Source: an uncultured delta proteobacterium
GTDB lineage: Bacteria; Desulfobacterota; Syntrophorhabdia; Syntrophorhabdales; WCHB1-27
DNA length: 32,000 nt
Direction: 5' to 3'
Assembly: GCA_963825005.1 (NCBI GenBank)
Contig: CAWGRP010000004.1
Span: 1-32,000, forward strand
Part shown: positions 17,919 through 27,141 of the stretch, in pieces
Layout: each line of letters starts with the position of its first letter
Numbering within the stretch: the first letter of the stretch is position 1
Notes under the pieces: generated by a model
The model's database searches: none
Seen by the model: the letters and a program-made list of their open reading frames with translations, nothing else
What the model was told of the DNA's origin: nothing
Made by a program: the position numbers and the translations under genes

Positions 17919-20789
17919 TCACTTCAACCGCCATACTTCCCTGTATGCCAGCCTCTTAAGCAGCGTCTTGCGCAGGAAGTGTTCGGTGGTGCCGTTGACG
18001 CCGACCATCACGTCAACATTGTTTCGCGGATACTCCGCAAGGTTGGGTGTCCGCTTGCCCGCCTTATCTTCTATGTGCCAGGCCTGGATACGCTCGCCGT
18101 CGAAGTCATCGATGACGATCTTGAAATATCCTTCCGGGCCGGTATAGGTTCTGTTCTTCGCATCGAGGATAATCGGTTCGGGATTGTCGAGAATAAACTC
18201 ATTCAGCATGTAGCAGTGGCCGCAAACATCGGGCCGCATCACGTAGCGCGGATCATCAGCCCACGGCTTATCACGCTCAAGTTTCTGCACACCCGTCCAC
18301 GCATAGAGCGTCACCGTACCGCCCGCGAAATCACACGGAAGGTCAAGCTCTACATGGACGTCCTTGTACTGCATCATCACCTTCTGCTGGGACGGGCTGT
18401 ATTGAGGCAGCGTGTCGTAAACTTTCTGGTCAACGGGACCCAGTTGCTTGTCGGCCACCGTCTTTCCTTCACCGTCGATCAGAAGGAGACGCGCCGTCTT
18501 CCGGCCCGCATCGACACTTGCGACCCTGAGCTTGTAGTCGCCGAGCGCAGTCTCTTGCCCGGCTTTCAGCTCTATCTTCTCCGGTTCTTCATACGAGATG
18601 GTAAACGAGTCCATACCCGGACTGCCCATCTCCGCTATCTCCACAACGTCGGGACTCACCCACCGGGGGATCACGTAAGTCGCCCCCTCGGCGTAGACGT
18701 CGGGCAAAGAGTACTTCTGGCTCGCAAACGACTTATCGCCGTAGATCGGCTCATACTCTGAAAGTCCCGGCCCCAGGAGAATGTCGGCCCCGAATGCATT
18801 GCCGGAGTACTTGATGATGCGCATGGTTGCAACAGGCCTTCCCCAGAGCCATCGCGAGCCAAGAAAGCGGACCGCCTTACTCCCATCCCCAAGGGGAATA
18901 TCCTGCCAGAACAGGGGATTCCCGTCCCCCATCGGGAGCAGCTTCCAATAATCAATAGCCGCATGCTTTCTGACGACGAGGTAACTTTCCGTGCTCAGCA
19001 GATACGCCCTTTTCCCGAGGATGTATAAGGATTCGCCTGCAAGAGGCCGGACGTTCCTGTCGAGGCGCGACGTGTAGTACAAGCCGGCGGGAGGTATGAT
19101 GATCTTTCCCTTGTGATAGTCAACGTAGCTGCCCCGTATGACGAGGGCCTCCGCGGAGGTCAGCTTTTCTCCCTTGCGGTTCTCCACGAATTTACGCACA
19201 AGACCTCTTAGCTTGGGAACGAACGCGCAGTCCGGGTCGGGCGCGAACCACTTGGCCGACGCGATCGCGGGTGGATACGAAGTGAACTTCGATTTGACCA
19301 CCGGCACCCCGTACGTGGGGTCCGCAAGCCGTGTCAGAAATGTATCCTCCATCACCGATACAACAAGCTCACTCATACCGATAAAGAAGTCTGCGTTCTC
19401 TCTCCCTTCTTTCCACAGGATAAGGTTGTCGGTGCGTCTGAAGAACGCATCCCGCACATATGAGTTCTTCACCACATCGCTTTCGATCTTTCCAGCCACT
19501 ACCTTGAAATAGGGCCTGTCCCAGAAATCGGAGATCTTGATCGGCCCTGCGTAAGTCTCTTTATCGTTGGTCAGCTCGAACGCATCCTTGTTTTCCAGCA
19601 CCACGCGCTTCAACATACCGGTCATGGAATCGGGCTCGAGCCGGACCAGGTATCGTTTGTCCCTCGGCCAGGGCTCTCCGTCCTTCAGCTTCACGAGGTT
19701 GTGATAAATCATGAAAGAGACGGTACCGTTTGTCCAGCCCAGCGGCACGTCGTTTGCCCATGGCGCAAAATCAGAACCCTTGTACCAGGAGGGATCGACC
19801 ACGAGCTCTATGTGCAAATCAAGGTCGAAATCGGTGAGCGACATTCGCTCCTGGTCAGTCACCTTGTACTCCTGCTGCGTCACCGGCACGAGAAGCTTGG
19901 ATGCCAGCACCTTTTGGCCTGTCCAGTTGCGTACCTCCACCAGAATCCCGTTCTCCTTACGGAATGCATAAATTCTCTTGCTCCACCACCAGCGGTAGCT
20001 CTCCTGCCGGACCCCAACCACATACGGCCTGTCCAGCGAGAAGACCGCCTCCTTGATAACCGGATACTTCACCTCCGAGAAGAGCGCATCCTCATGTGTC
20101 ATCTTTTTTGTGGTCAGTCTCGTCGCCCCGTACTGGTATGAACTGGTGAGAAAGAAAGGTTCCTGCTGAGGGTTGACGCCTTCTTTCAAGTTCAGGTCCC
20201 GTGCCTTTGCCGGCTCAGGAAAAGAAGAAGAGACCGGCATTTCAGTCTGCCACCCGCCCGAGGGCGCGATCACGGCAAGCTCTCCGTAGGGCTTCCCGTA
20301 ATGATCCGTCGCGTAGTCGAACCAGAGGCGATATCCTGAATCATCGAGGAGGACCTTTCCCCTCTTCTTGACCGCAACGTCCGTCTTCGTTACCTGGGCA
20401 GTTCTGAGCGACAACAAGTAAGAGGTCTCTCCGAGAATCAGGAAGGGATCCCTTCGCAGAGGCTTCGCGTCCTGTGACGTGGACGACGCGTAGAAGAGGC
20501 CGCCGGCCGGAACAGAGACCTTGCTGTCTTTCACCTGGCTACCCCTGAGCACCACGCACTCCGCAAGCTCCTTTTCCTGGCCGTAATGATTCCTATGGGT
20601 CGTGTTGAGGAGGCCTCCGAGTTTGGGGATGTACGTCGCATCGTCAGCCGGGGGAAGGCCGTGTGGAGACTCTGTGCCCCATGCGTTGCCTCCCGCAAGG
20701 AGACCAATGATGAGTACCGCGGGAATAAGCAGGAGCGGGAGTATCCCTCGGTCGTACCGTTTAAGCAAACAAGCGATAAGGCTCAGCAT
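17919..20789 (-). CDS. Exported 956-aa protein of unknown function, composed of two tandem ~470-aa repeats
   Basis: This is an uninterrupted 2.87-kb ORF. A GGAGGGAAGG RBS precedes the start, which overlaps the upstream stop (ATGCTGA). The N-terminal signal/anchor is RGILPLLLIPAVLIIGLLAGGNAWG. The internal repeat is visible by eye; see findings. Confidence 0.85.
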   Translation of the reverse strand: MLSLIACLLKRYDRGILPLLLIPAVLIIGLLAGGNAWGTESPHGLPPADDATYIPKLGGLLNTTHRNHYGQEKELAECVVLRGSQVKDSKVSVPAGGLFYASSTSQDAKPLRRDPFLILGETSYLLSLRTAQVTKTDVAVKKRGKVLLDDSGYRLWFDYATDHYGKPYGELAVIAPSGGWQTEMPVSSSFPEPAKARDLNLKEGVNPQQEPFFLTSSYQYGATRLTTKKMTHEDALFSEVKYPVIKEAVFSLDRPYVVGVRQESYRWWWSKRIYAFRKENGILVEVRNWTGQKVLASKLLVPVTQQEYKVTDQERMSLTDFDLDLHIELVVDPSWYKGSDFAPWANDVPLGWTNGTVSFMIYHNLVKLKDGEPWPRDKRYLVRLEPDSMTGMLKRVVLENKDAFELTNDKETYAGPIKISDFWDRPYFKVVAGKIESDVVKNSYVRDAFFRRTDNLILWKEGRENADFFIGMSELVVSVMEDTFLTRLADPTYGVPVVKSKFTSYPPAIASAKWFAPDPDCAFVPKLRGLVRKFVENRKGEKLTSAEALVIRGSYVDYHKGKIIIPPAGLYYTSRLDRNVRPLAGESLYILGKRAYLLSTESYLVVRKHAAIDYWKLLPMGDGNPLFWQDIPLGDGSKAVRFLGSRWLWGRPVATMRIIKYSGNAFGADILLGPGLSEYEPIYGDKSFASQKYSLPDVYAEGATYVIPRWVSPDVVEIAEMGSPGMDSFTISYEEPEKIELKAGQETALGDYKLRVASVDAGRKTARLLLIDGEGKTVADKQLGPVDQKVYDTLPQYSPSQQKVMMQYKDVHVELDLPCDFAGGTVTLYAWTGVQKLERDKPWADDPRYVMRPDVCGHCYMLNEFILDNPEPIILDAKNRTYTGPEGYFKIVIDDFDGERIQAWHIEDKAGKRTPNLAEYPRNNVDVMVGVNGTTEHFLRKTLLKRLAYREVWRLK

Positions 20790-21103
20790 GTACAGTCCTT
20801 CCCTCCAATGCCTTCCAAAATAAAGAACGGCTTGATTTTCTTGAGCAGCGTCCGGTCCATGCCCGGCACCTGCAGCAACTCCTCGACCGTCTGAAAATCG
20901 CCGTTGTCTTTGCGGTACTTTACAATATTCTTTGCGAGTTCCGGTGTCATCAGGGGCACATTCTTCGTCAGATCGTCGGCGCTTGCCTTGTTGATGTTGA
21001 CAGTCTTTCCTTTAAGTTTCTCCTCCGCCGCCCAGGCGCTGATCGAAAGCACGAGAAAAAGACCGGCCAGCACCAAAACGAAAGCTACTCTCTTCTTTGT
21101 CAT
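20783..21103 (-). CDS. Exported ComEA-like helix-hairpin-helix protein (copy c)
   Basis: Signal peptide MTKKRVAFVLVLAGLFLVLSISAWA, then VNINKASADDL...LAKNIVKYRKDNGDFQTVEELLQVPGMDRTLLKKI, which follows the ComEA/HHH_3 consensus. The C-terminus is GGKDCTC. Start ATG 21103 has the better spacing to AAGGAGG; the track start is 21112. Confidence 0.8.
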   Translation of the reverse strand: MTKKRVAFVLVLAGLFLVLSISAWAAEEKLKGKTVNINKASADDLTKNVPLMTPELAKNIVKYRKDNGDFQTVEELLQVPGMDRTLLKKIKPFFILEGIGGKDCTC

Positions 21104-21118
21104 GACAGCCATCCTCCT

Positions 21119-22040
21119 TTACCACGTCCTCTGCAGTAGTACATATGCCGCGTTGTTTACATGCGCTTGGCCCGCGAATATCAGGACCAGCCGCAAGAGA
21201 AAGCCGCCCACCAGTAGCGCATAGAGGGCGACTGAAAATCGCATTCGATTTATAGCTCCTTTTCTCAAGACAAGAGCCATCAGGAACCAGCATGCCTAAA
21301 CCGAGGACGCCCGCCCACCATACCACGCCGTTCCCGCCTGTCACGAGATGGAGAAGGTCGCCACGCGATGGGCTGAAAAATGAAAACAATAGAAAGAGCA
21401 AGGTGAAGAGCAGATGAACAGGCAGCAATATCCGATAGCCCGATCGGAGCCAGAGCATAGGCTGCTCCATTGCCTCGGCAGGAGCAGCGCGGAGCGCTAT
21501 CACGCCGCCTGCCGCGAACCCCGTTGTCATCGCCGAGAAGCAGAAGAGGCCGGGTAGGGCCACATTTCTCCAAAGCGGAAGCGCCGAGGCGGAAAGGAGG
21601 ACGCCGGTATAGACGGATACCGCCAGGGCGACCGGCATCCCCGCAACTCCCAGTGCGCTGCGATAACTCTTCTTTCGCCATACGCTCCACCCCCCGATCA
21701 TTGGCAGACGAGCTTTCTGCGGTTCGGGGAGCCAGAAGAGTGCGTGTACAATGGAGATGGCGCCAAACAGGCTGAGGAGCCAAACGCCGAATGACATGGG
21801 AGAATCGGCGTTGAAGACGCGTAACGTGAACCAGAAGCGTGTCTTGTACATCAAGTCGAGAATGAGCATGGCGAGGCCGAAGGCGACTGAAAGCGGCGCA
21901 AGAAAGGCCGCGCTTCGAGAGCATACCTCGAATCCCTGCCCCTTCTTCCTGCTCGCCAGGACAGCGAGACAGAAGCTGCCGGCCCCCAGGCCCGCGAAGA
22001 AGAGGTCGAGCGCTACAGGAAGACCCCATGTCTCAACCAT
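21119..22040 (-). pseudogene. NrfD/PsrC-type integral membrane quinol-interacting subunit, frameshifted near its 3' end
   Basis: MVETWGLPVALDLFFAGLGAGSF is the NrfD-family N-terminus, and several TM helices follow. The start overlaps the psrB-like stop by 8 nt. The frame changes near 21281; the alternative frame gives LMALVLRKGAINRMRFSVALYALLVGGFLLRLVLIFAGQ...QRTW and stops at 21119. Confidence 0.8.
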
Positions 22041-22692
22041 CTGTTCCCTCCTCGGGGCCAAGCCTCTTCCAGAGCCATGCGAGCACGAGTGCTCCTGGAA
22101 TGAGACCGCCAAGCCACTTCCACGGCTGAAACGCGCGTACCGTATTGAGTGGCACGGGCTCAGGCAGTTGATAATCTCCGGGCGCGCCCTGAAGAGCATA
22201 GATCATATGGAGCCGTTCCTTTCTGCCGTAGGCAGGCGCATCCGGCCCTTTCCCATCGGGGTAGTAGGTGAGAGCATCGGTAGGGCACTTTGCGACACAG
22301 GCCGGCTCCTTACCCACGTCGATGCGCTGAATGCAGAAGCTGCACTTTCTCATTGTATGCTGGCTCGGGCTTTTTTTTGGAACCTGAAACGGGCAGGACT
22401 CTATGCAGTACCCGCAGCCGATGCATTTCGTTCTCAGGTGCTCCACGACGCTGTCATCCCTGCGGCGCAGGGCTCCGGCCGGGCATGCCGACACGCAGGA
22501 CGGGTCGTTGCAGTGAAAACAGGCGGTGGATGCAGACCATTCCTGCGCCTCGGGAAGATGGCCCGTCACGTGGCTCTTCACCCAGCGGAGTTGAATGCCG
22601 GGAGGGGCATCGTTTTCCAGTTGGCAGCCCACCTCGCAGGAGTGGCACCGGATGCACTTCTTTCCATCAAATAAAATCAGCCGCTCAGTCAT
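22033..22692 (-). CDS. 4Fe-4S ferredoxin-type subunit, PsrB/HybA-like, with a C-terminal hydrophobic helix
   Basis: Cys clusters are CIRCHSCEVGC, CFHCNDPSCVSACP, CIGCGYCIESCP and CSFCIQR...CVAKCP. The C-terminus WKWLGGLIPGALVLAWLWKRL looks like a TM anchor. Confidence 0.9.
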   Translation of the reverse strand: MTERLILFDGKKCIRCHSCEVGCQLENDAPPGIQLRWVKSHVTGHLPEAQEWSASTACFHCNDPSCVSACPAGALRRRDDSVVEHLRTKCIGCGYCIESCPFQVPKKSPSQHTMRKCSFCIQRIDVGKEPACVAKCPTDALTYYPDGKGPDAPAYGRKERLHMIYALQGAPGDYQLPEPVPLNTVRAFQPWKWLGGLIPGALVLAWLWKRLGPEEGTDG

Positions 22693-22764
22693 AGCTTGCT
22701 CAGTGTTTGGTGTTCAGCGTTCAGTCAACTGTTCACCGATTACCCTGATCGCTGTTCACGTTCT

Positions 22765-24918
22765 TCACGCTTTCACCAGCCTGCAACCGAATCCGTTGAA
22801 CTGGGCTGATACCTTGTCCCAGTTGGAAGGGATGATCGTGTTGATTGAAGTGCCCGCGTTTCCCGCAAAAGGGCTCGCCTTGGCCGGATGAGAAGGTGTC
22901 CAGACGAGTCCAGGCAGAATCATCTCACTCAGGGCAATCCTGACTTTGATCTTTCCCAATTCGGTTTCAAGATGGGCCCACTCGCCATCCTTCAGGCCCA
23001 GGCTTTTGACGGTATCAGGATGCACCTGCACGTAATTTCCTTTTGAAAACTGCGCCATGTATGCCGACCAGTTGGTGTAGGTGTGCTGCCAGTGCTGCAC
23101 CACTTTGCCCTGGAGGAAGATGAGAGGAAACGGCTTCGACTCTCCCGCATCCCCAAGCGGGCTCCCTTCCGGCTCCGACCACGCAATGGGTCCCAGCGCC
23201 GGGGAGCGAAGCTCCACTTTTCCATCTTCCGTGAGAAAGCGGTCATTCGGATAAAGCGTACCGTGCGTGCCAGGATGAGCCTCCGATGGACAGGGCCAGC
23301 TGATCCCGGTCGGCTCTTTCTTCAAACGCTCCAGTGTCAACCCGGACCAGGTCGGGGAGTGTTTCCTCACCATTTCAAAAATATCTTCTGGACTCTTCAG
23401 ATCCGGAAATTTTTCTCCGTTGATCTTTTTGCCGAGGTCAGCGTAAAAGCGCCAGTCTTCTGTCGTCTCTCCCGGGATGGGCACAGCCTGGTTGCGCCAG
23501 ACAATCTGTCGCTGCGCCCCGTACTGGGAACCTGAACTCTCGAACGGCATGGTGCCGGGGATAATGAGATGAGCGAGAGACGCCTCGTCGTCCATGAAGA
23601 AACCCCGGTAAACAACGAGGTCCACATTGCCGATCGCCTTTCGTACCCGGTTGGCATCGGGATAACGGCGGTAGCTGGAGTTCAAAAGCAGCACGTTCAC
23701 CCGTTTCTGTTCCATGGCAAAGAGAACTTTACGGAAACTGAGCGCGGCCGGCATGTCCTGGGCCCGGAAAGAATCCTCGAACGCTTCGATGCCTCCCGGT
23801 TTGCCGCCCTGGACATTCATGATCCCCTTTCCGGGACCGCTCAGATTGGCCGTCAGCGCCTGCAGGGCAATGATCGCACGCGCGCTCTGGATCGAATTGG
23901 TGTAGCGCGATATGGAGCCGCCGAGCCAAACCATCGTCTTCTTACTTGCGGCCAGGCGTGTGGCCAGTTCCACCACCTTCTCGGCCGGTATCCACGTGAT
24001 CTTCGCCACCATCTCCGGCGTGTAAAGCTCGGTTGCTTCAGCGAGTTCCTTGAACCCATTCACGTGTTGGGCAACGTAATTACGGTCATGCATGTTCTCT
24101 CTTATCATGAAGCGGATCAGTCCGAGCGCGAGAGCGCCATCGGTGCCCGGCCGCCCCATGAGCTGCTCGTCGCAGTGATTGCTGGTCGGTGTCCTGCGCG
24201 GATCCAGATAGATCACACGGACACCCTTGGCCCGGGCCTGATCGATCCAGCGTATGTAAGGCGGATACATCTCAGCAATATTTGCCCCGAACAGGACAAG
24301 CACTTCCGTATTCATCGCTTCGTCAAGCGTGGTTGTGGAAACAGGACTGCCGAGGCAGATGCGCAAGGCCGTCGCCGAACTCCCTATGCAGGTGTCTCCC
24401 GGCGAGCATATATCAGGGAACCCTGCTGCCCACAGTGCCATCTCCGCGGCGATCTCGCTCTCGTGTGATTCCCAGAGAGGCGCAAAGAGCGTTACCCGGT
24501 GCGCGTAGTCATCGGGGAATTCTTCCTTCACCTTTATGACCCGCTCTGCCACGGTATTGAGCGCTTCTGCGTAGGAGATACGCTTCCAGTTTGTCCCCTC
24601 GCGTTTCAGTGGATAAAGGATCCGGTGAGGACTGTAGGTGAGCTCCACCAGCGCCTGTCCCTTGGGGCACATCGTCCCGTCGGTCCAGGTATTGCCCGGG
24701 TTGCCATACGCGTTGACGACCCGGTCATTCCTGACCTGCACAAGCGTGGTACATCGCACCTGACAGAACTGGCAGCAGCTCATCACCTCGCGGTCGATCT
24801 GCGCCGGCGGCTCTGCGGCTGCCCCCGTCGTTATGCCGGGCGCGCTGAGAGCACCGGCTGCCAGTGCGCCGGCCTTCAGGAAATTCCGGCGGGTGATGCT
24901 CATCTGCCGTTTTTTCAT
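22765..24918 (-). CDS. Tat-exported molybdopterin oxidoreductase catalytic subunit, polysulfide/thiosulfate reductase (PsrA/PhsA)-like
   Basis: The Tat signal is MSITRRNFLKAGALAAGALSA. The FeS motif is CCQFCQVRCTTLV...MCPKG. The candidate Mo-ligand Cys context is PGDTCIGSS. The ORF is an intact 717 aa and is followed by FeS and NrfD-type genes. Confidence 0.9.
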   Translation of the reverse strand: MKKRQMSITRRNFLKAGALAAGALSAPGITTGAAAEPPAQIDREVMSCCQFCQVRCTTLVQVRNDRVVNAYGNPGNTWTDGTMCPKGQALVELTYSPHRILYPLKREGTNWKRISYAEALNTVAERVIKVKEEFPDDYAHRVTLFAPLWESHESEIAAEMALWAAGFPDICSPGDTCIGSSATALRICLGSPVSTTTLDEAMNTEVLVLFGANIAEMYPPYIRWIDQARAKGVRVIYLDPRRTPTSNHCDEQLMGRPGTDGALALGLIRFMIRENMHDRNYVAQHVNGFKELAEATELYTPEMVAKITWIPAEKVVELATRLAASKKTMVWLGGSISRYTNSIQSARAIIALQALTANLSGPGKGIMNVQGGKPGGIEAFEDSFRAQDMPAALSFRKVLFAMEQKRVNVLLLNSSYRRYPDANRVRKAIGNVDLVVYRGFFMDDEASLAHLIIPGTMPFESSGSQYGAQRQIVWRNQAVPIPGETTEDWRFYADLGKKINGEKFPDLKSPEDIFEMVRKHSPTWSGLTLERLKKEPTGISWPCPSEAHPGTHGTLYPNDRFLTEDGKVELRSPALGPIAWSEPEGSPLGDAGESKPFPLIFLQGKVVQHWQHTYTNWSAYMAQFSKGNYVQVHPDTVKSLGLKDGEWAHLETELGKIKVRIALSEMILPGLVWTPSHPAKASPFAGNAGTSINTIIPSNWDKVSAQFNGFGCRLVKA

Positions 24919-24952
24919 GATCTACAGCCCTGACTCCAAATCGACACTCCCC

Positions 24953-27061
24953 CTATGCCTTCTTCGCGTGCGGAGAATCGGGCTCAAAAAGTTCATACAT
25001 GATGCGGCCTTCAAAATTGGGCGGCGGCACCAGGCCGTACATATGCATAATGGTGGGCATCACGTTCATCATGTGGCCACCCTTCGAAACATCGTTGTTC
25101 TTTTTTATGCCGGGACCAACCGCTATGAACGAGGTAAGCGCGTTGCCATGGTACCCGGTAAAATGTCTGCGCGGATTGTCCCATATCTGTCCGTCACGGC
25201 CGAAAGCGCCAAAATTAATCTGGTAAAGTCCGTCATTCTTCTTGCCCGGCACCTTGATTCCCGATGCATCACGAAAGCCGCAGAACTGCACGTCACCGGC
25301 ATACCAGCCGTAATCGCCCTTGTATATATTCTCAACCCGGTCTGCAATCTGTGTGTACTGCTGTCCTTCAGGGTCTTTGAGCTTCTTCAATTCGGCGATG
25401 ATTAAGTCGCGCAGCTTTTCATACTCGTTGTACTCCACGATGCCGTTCGGTTCGCGCCCCTTGAGGTTGATGAATATGCCCGGGTTCCAGGAAGTGTATG
25501 CCTTGGTCCTTGACCAGTCGATGTCATCGTTATCATACGTCCGCTTCTTGCCCTCCACCTCAGGCTTGACGTTGAGGAGCCCCAGTTTCATCAGCCATGA
25601 ATTGGGCTCGAAGTCCTTCTTCGTCGGTCCCCATGCGTGATCGGATATCATCATGAAGCACGTATCTTTGGGTAGTTCTTTCAGTATCCTTGCCAGCTCC
25701 TTGTCAACGTATTGTGTGAATTCCAGCATCAGCTTGCCGTTGCCGTATTTCTCTTCGTACTCCTCCGACCAGTCGGGATTGCCTTCAATGCGGGTCATGT
25801 TGTGGTTGAGGCGGTCATACGGCATATTGGAGAACCAGAAGAAGTCCCACGGCTTATTCTTCATCAGCCAAAGCACAATGTTATTCTGTTCGCGAGTTGC
25901 ATCGTAGCAGTCCTCGATTAGCGTCTCCTCTTCCTGGACGTAAGCGATAAACGCCGTATAATCGTATTCGAAAGGTACGTTCGGTGTCCGATAGTAGCCC
26001 ACCGCATCATATACCTCCTTCTGGAGTGAGGGCGGGTAGGTCCACCGATCGGTCGGCACGACAGGCCCGTCGAAGAACTGGTCAATCGGCTCGTGCCGTT
26101 CCGGCGCCGTGGGGTCTTGCAGAAGACGGTAACGATACAACTGCAGGGCGCCATCATCCGTATTAATCAGCTCCGGCTTCCAGCGGACGATAGCCCGCCT
26201 CCCATTCGGAAATTCAATGGGGACATACTTTGACCACTCACCCTCTTTCAGGGTCAGCTTGAGATCGCTGTATGCGATGGTTACCGTGTTGCCGGGATTG
26301 AGCGTTAGTTCAAGGGGAACTTGCTGGTCCTTACGGCGGATCGCGGTGGACACCTTACCACCCGAGAAAGTCACCTTGGTTTTCAAGGGGCCTGCGGCTC
26401 TGTGTTTCTCCTGGGTGTAATAGACGTGACCCATGTTGAATGGCTGATCGCCCAACCCTGGCGCGCCCTTGCCGGACAGCATGAAGCCATCCTTCAGCCG
26501 TTCCGGTGGCCAGGACATTGCCGTGCCGCAGAGGCCGACTTTCACGCCTCCCTCAGCCAGCATGAAAGGCACAGTTGGGGCGTGCAACCTGAAGAACCGG
26601 TTGATGCCCGAAGTCTGGAAGGCAGTCCGGTCATAGATCTGCCACGGATGCGATCCGAAGAAATTATTCTGGCCCGGACCTACTCCTGTATTGTAGGCAG
26701 CCCATGCGTCGACAGACATGCCGCGGAAAATATTTTCGAACTCCCCGTAACTGCCTTGCGTCAAGAGCTTCTTGAACGTGGGGAGTTTGCCCTGTTTAGA
26801 CCATTCAATTATTTTTTCCATGCTGCATGAGTCAAGGCCCATCAGCAGAATTTTCGGCTTCTTACCGGCCTTCGATCCCTTGCCCGTTCTCTCCTTGGCC
26901 GGGGCAGCACTCGACGCCTTTGCCGCGAGTCCGGCCACTGCGGTTCCCAGAATGCCGCCGGCCAGTTTTTTTAACGCACTGCGCCGGGACAGACCTTTAT
27001 TTTCGTCTATCGTGCTGTCATCCGCGCTATCATCGATGTTGTCATTGATGGTATCATCCAT
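24953..27061 (-). CDS. Tat-exported AlkP-superfamily phosphohydrolase/phosphomutase-like protein (COG3379-like)
   Basis: An acidic N-terminus is followed by the Tat motif LSRRSALKKLAGGILGTAVAGLAA. KILLMGLDSCSMEKIIEWSKQGKLPTFKKLLTQGSYG and MMISDHAWGP follow the COG3379 / type I phosphodiesterase pattern. The RBS is AAGGAGG. Confidence 0.75.
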   Translation of the reverse strand: MDDTINDNIDDSADDSTIDENKGLSRRSALKKLAGGILGTAVAGLAAKASSAAPAKERTGKGSKAGKKPKILLMGLDSCSMEKIIEWSKQGKLPTFKKLLTQGSYGEFENIFRGMSVDAWAAYNTGVGPGQNNFFGSHPWQIYDRTAFQTSGINRFFRLHAPTVPFMLAEGGVKVGLCGTAMSWPPERLKDGFMLSGKGAPGLGDQPFNMGHVYYTQEKHRAAGPLKTKVTFSGGKVSTAIRRKDQQVPLELTLNPGNTVTIAYSDLKLTLKEGEWSKYVPIEFPNGRRAIVRWKPELINTDDGALQLYRYRLLQDPTAPERHEPIDQFFDGPVVPTDRWTYPPSLQKEVYDAVGYYRTPNVPFEYDYTAFIAYVQEEETLIEDCYDATREQNNIVLWLMKNKPWDFFWFSNMPYDRLNHNMTRIEGNPDWSEEYEEKYGNGKLMLEFTQYVDKELARILKELPKDTCFMMISDHAWGPTKKDFEPNSWLMKLGLLNVKPEVEGKKRTYDNDDIDWSRTKAYTSWNPGIFINLKGREPNGIVEYNEYEKLRDLIIAELKKLKDPEGQQYTQIADRVENIYKGDYGWYAGDVQFCGFRDASGIKVPGKKNDGLYQINFGAFGRDGQIWDNPRRHFTGYHGNALTSFIAVGPGIKKNNDVSKGGHMMNVMPTIMHMYGLVPPPNFEGRIMYELFEPDSPHAKKA

Positions 27062-27141
27062 ACTACGCCCTCCTTATATGAGAAGCCCCGTGGGCTGATG
27101 TTCAATATTGGACCGGCTGGACTGTGACAAAACTGTACCTG

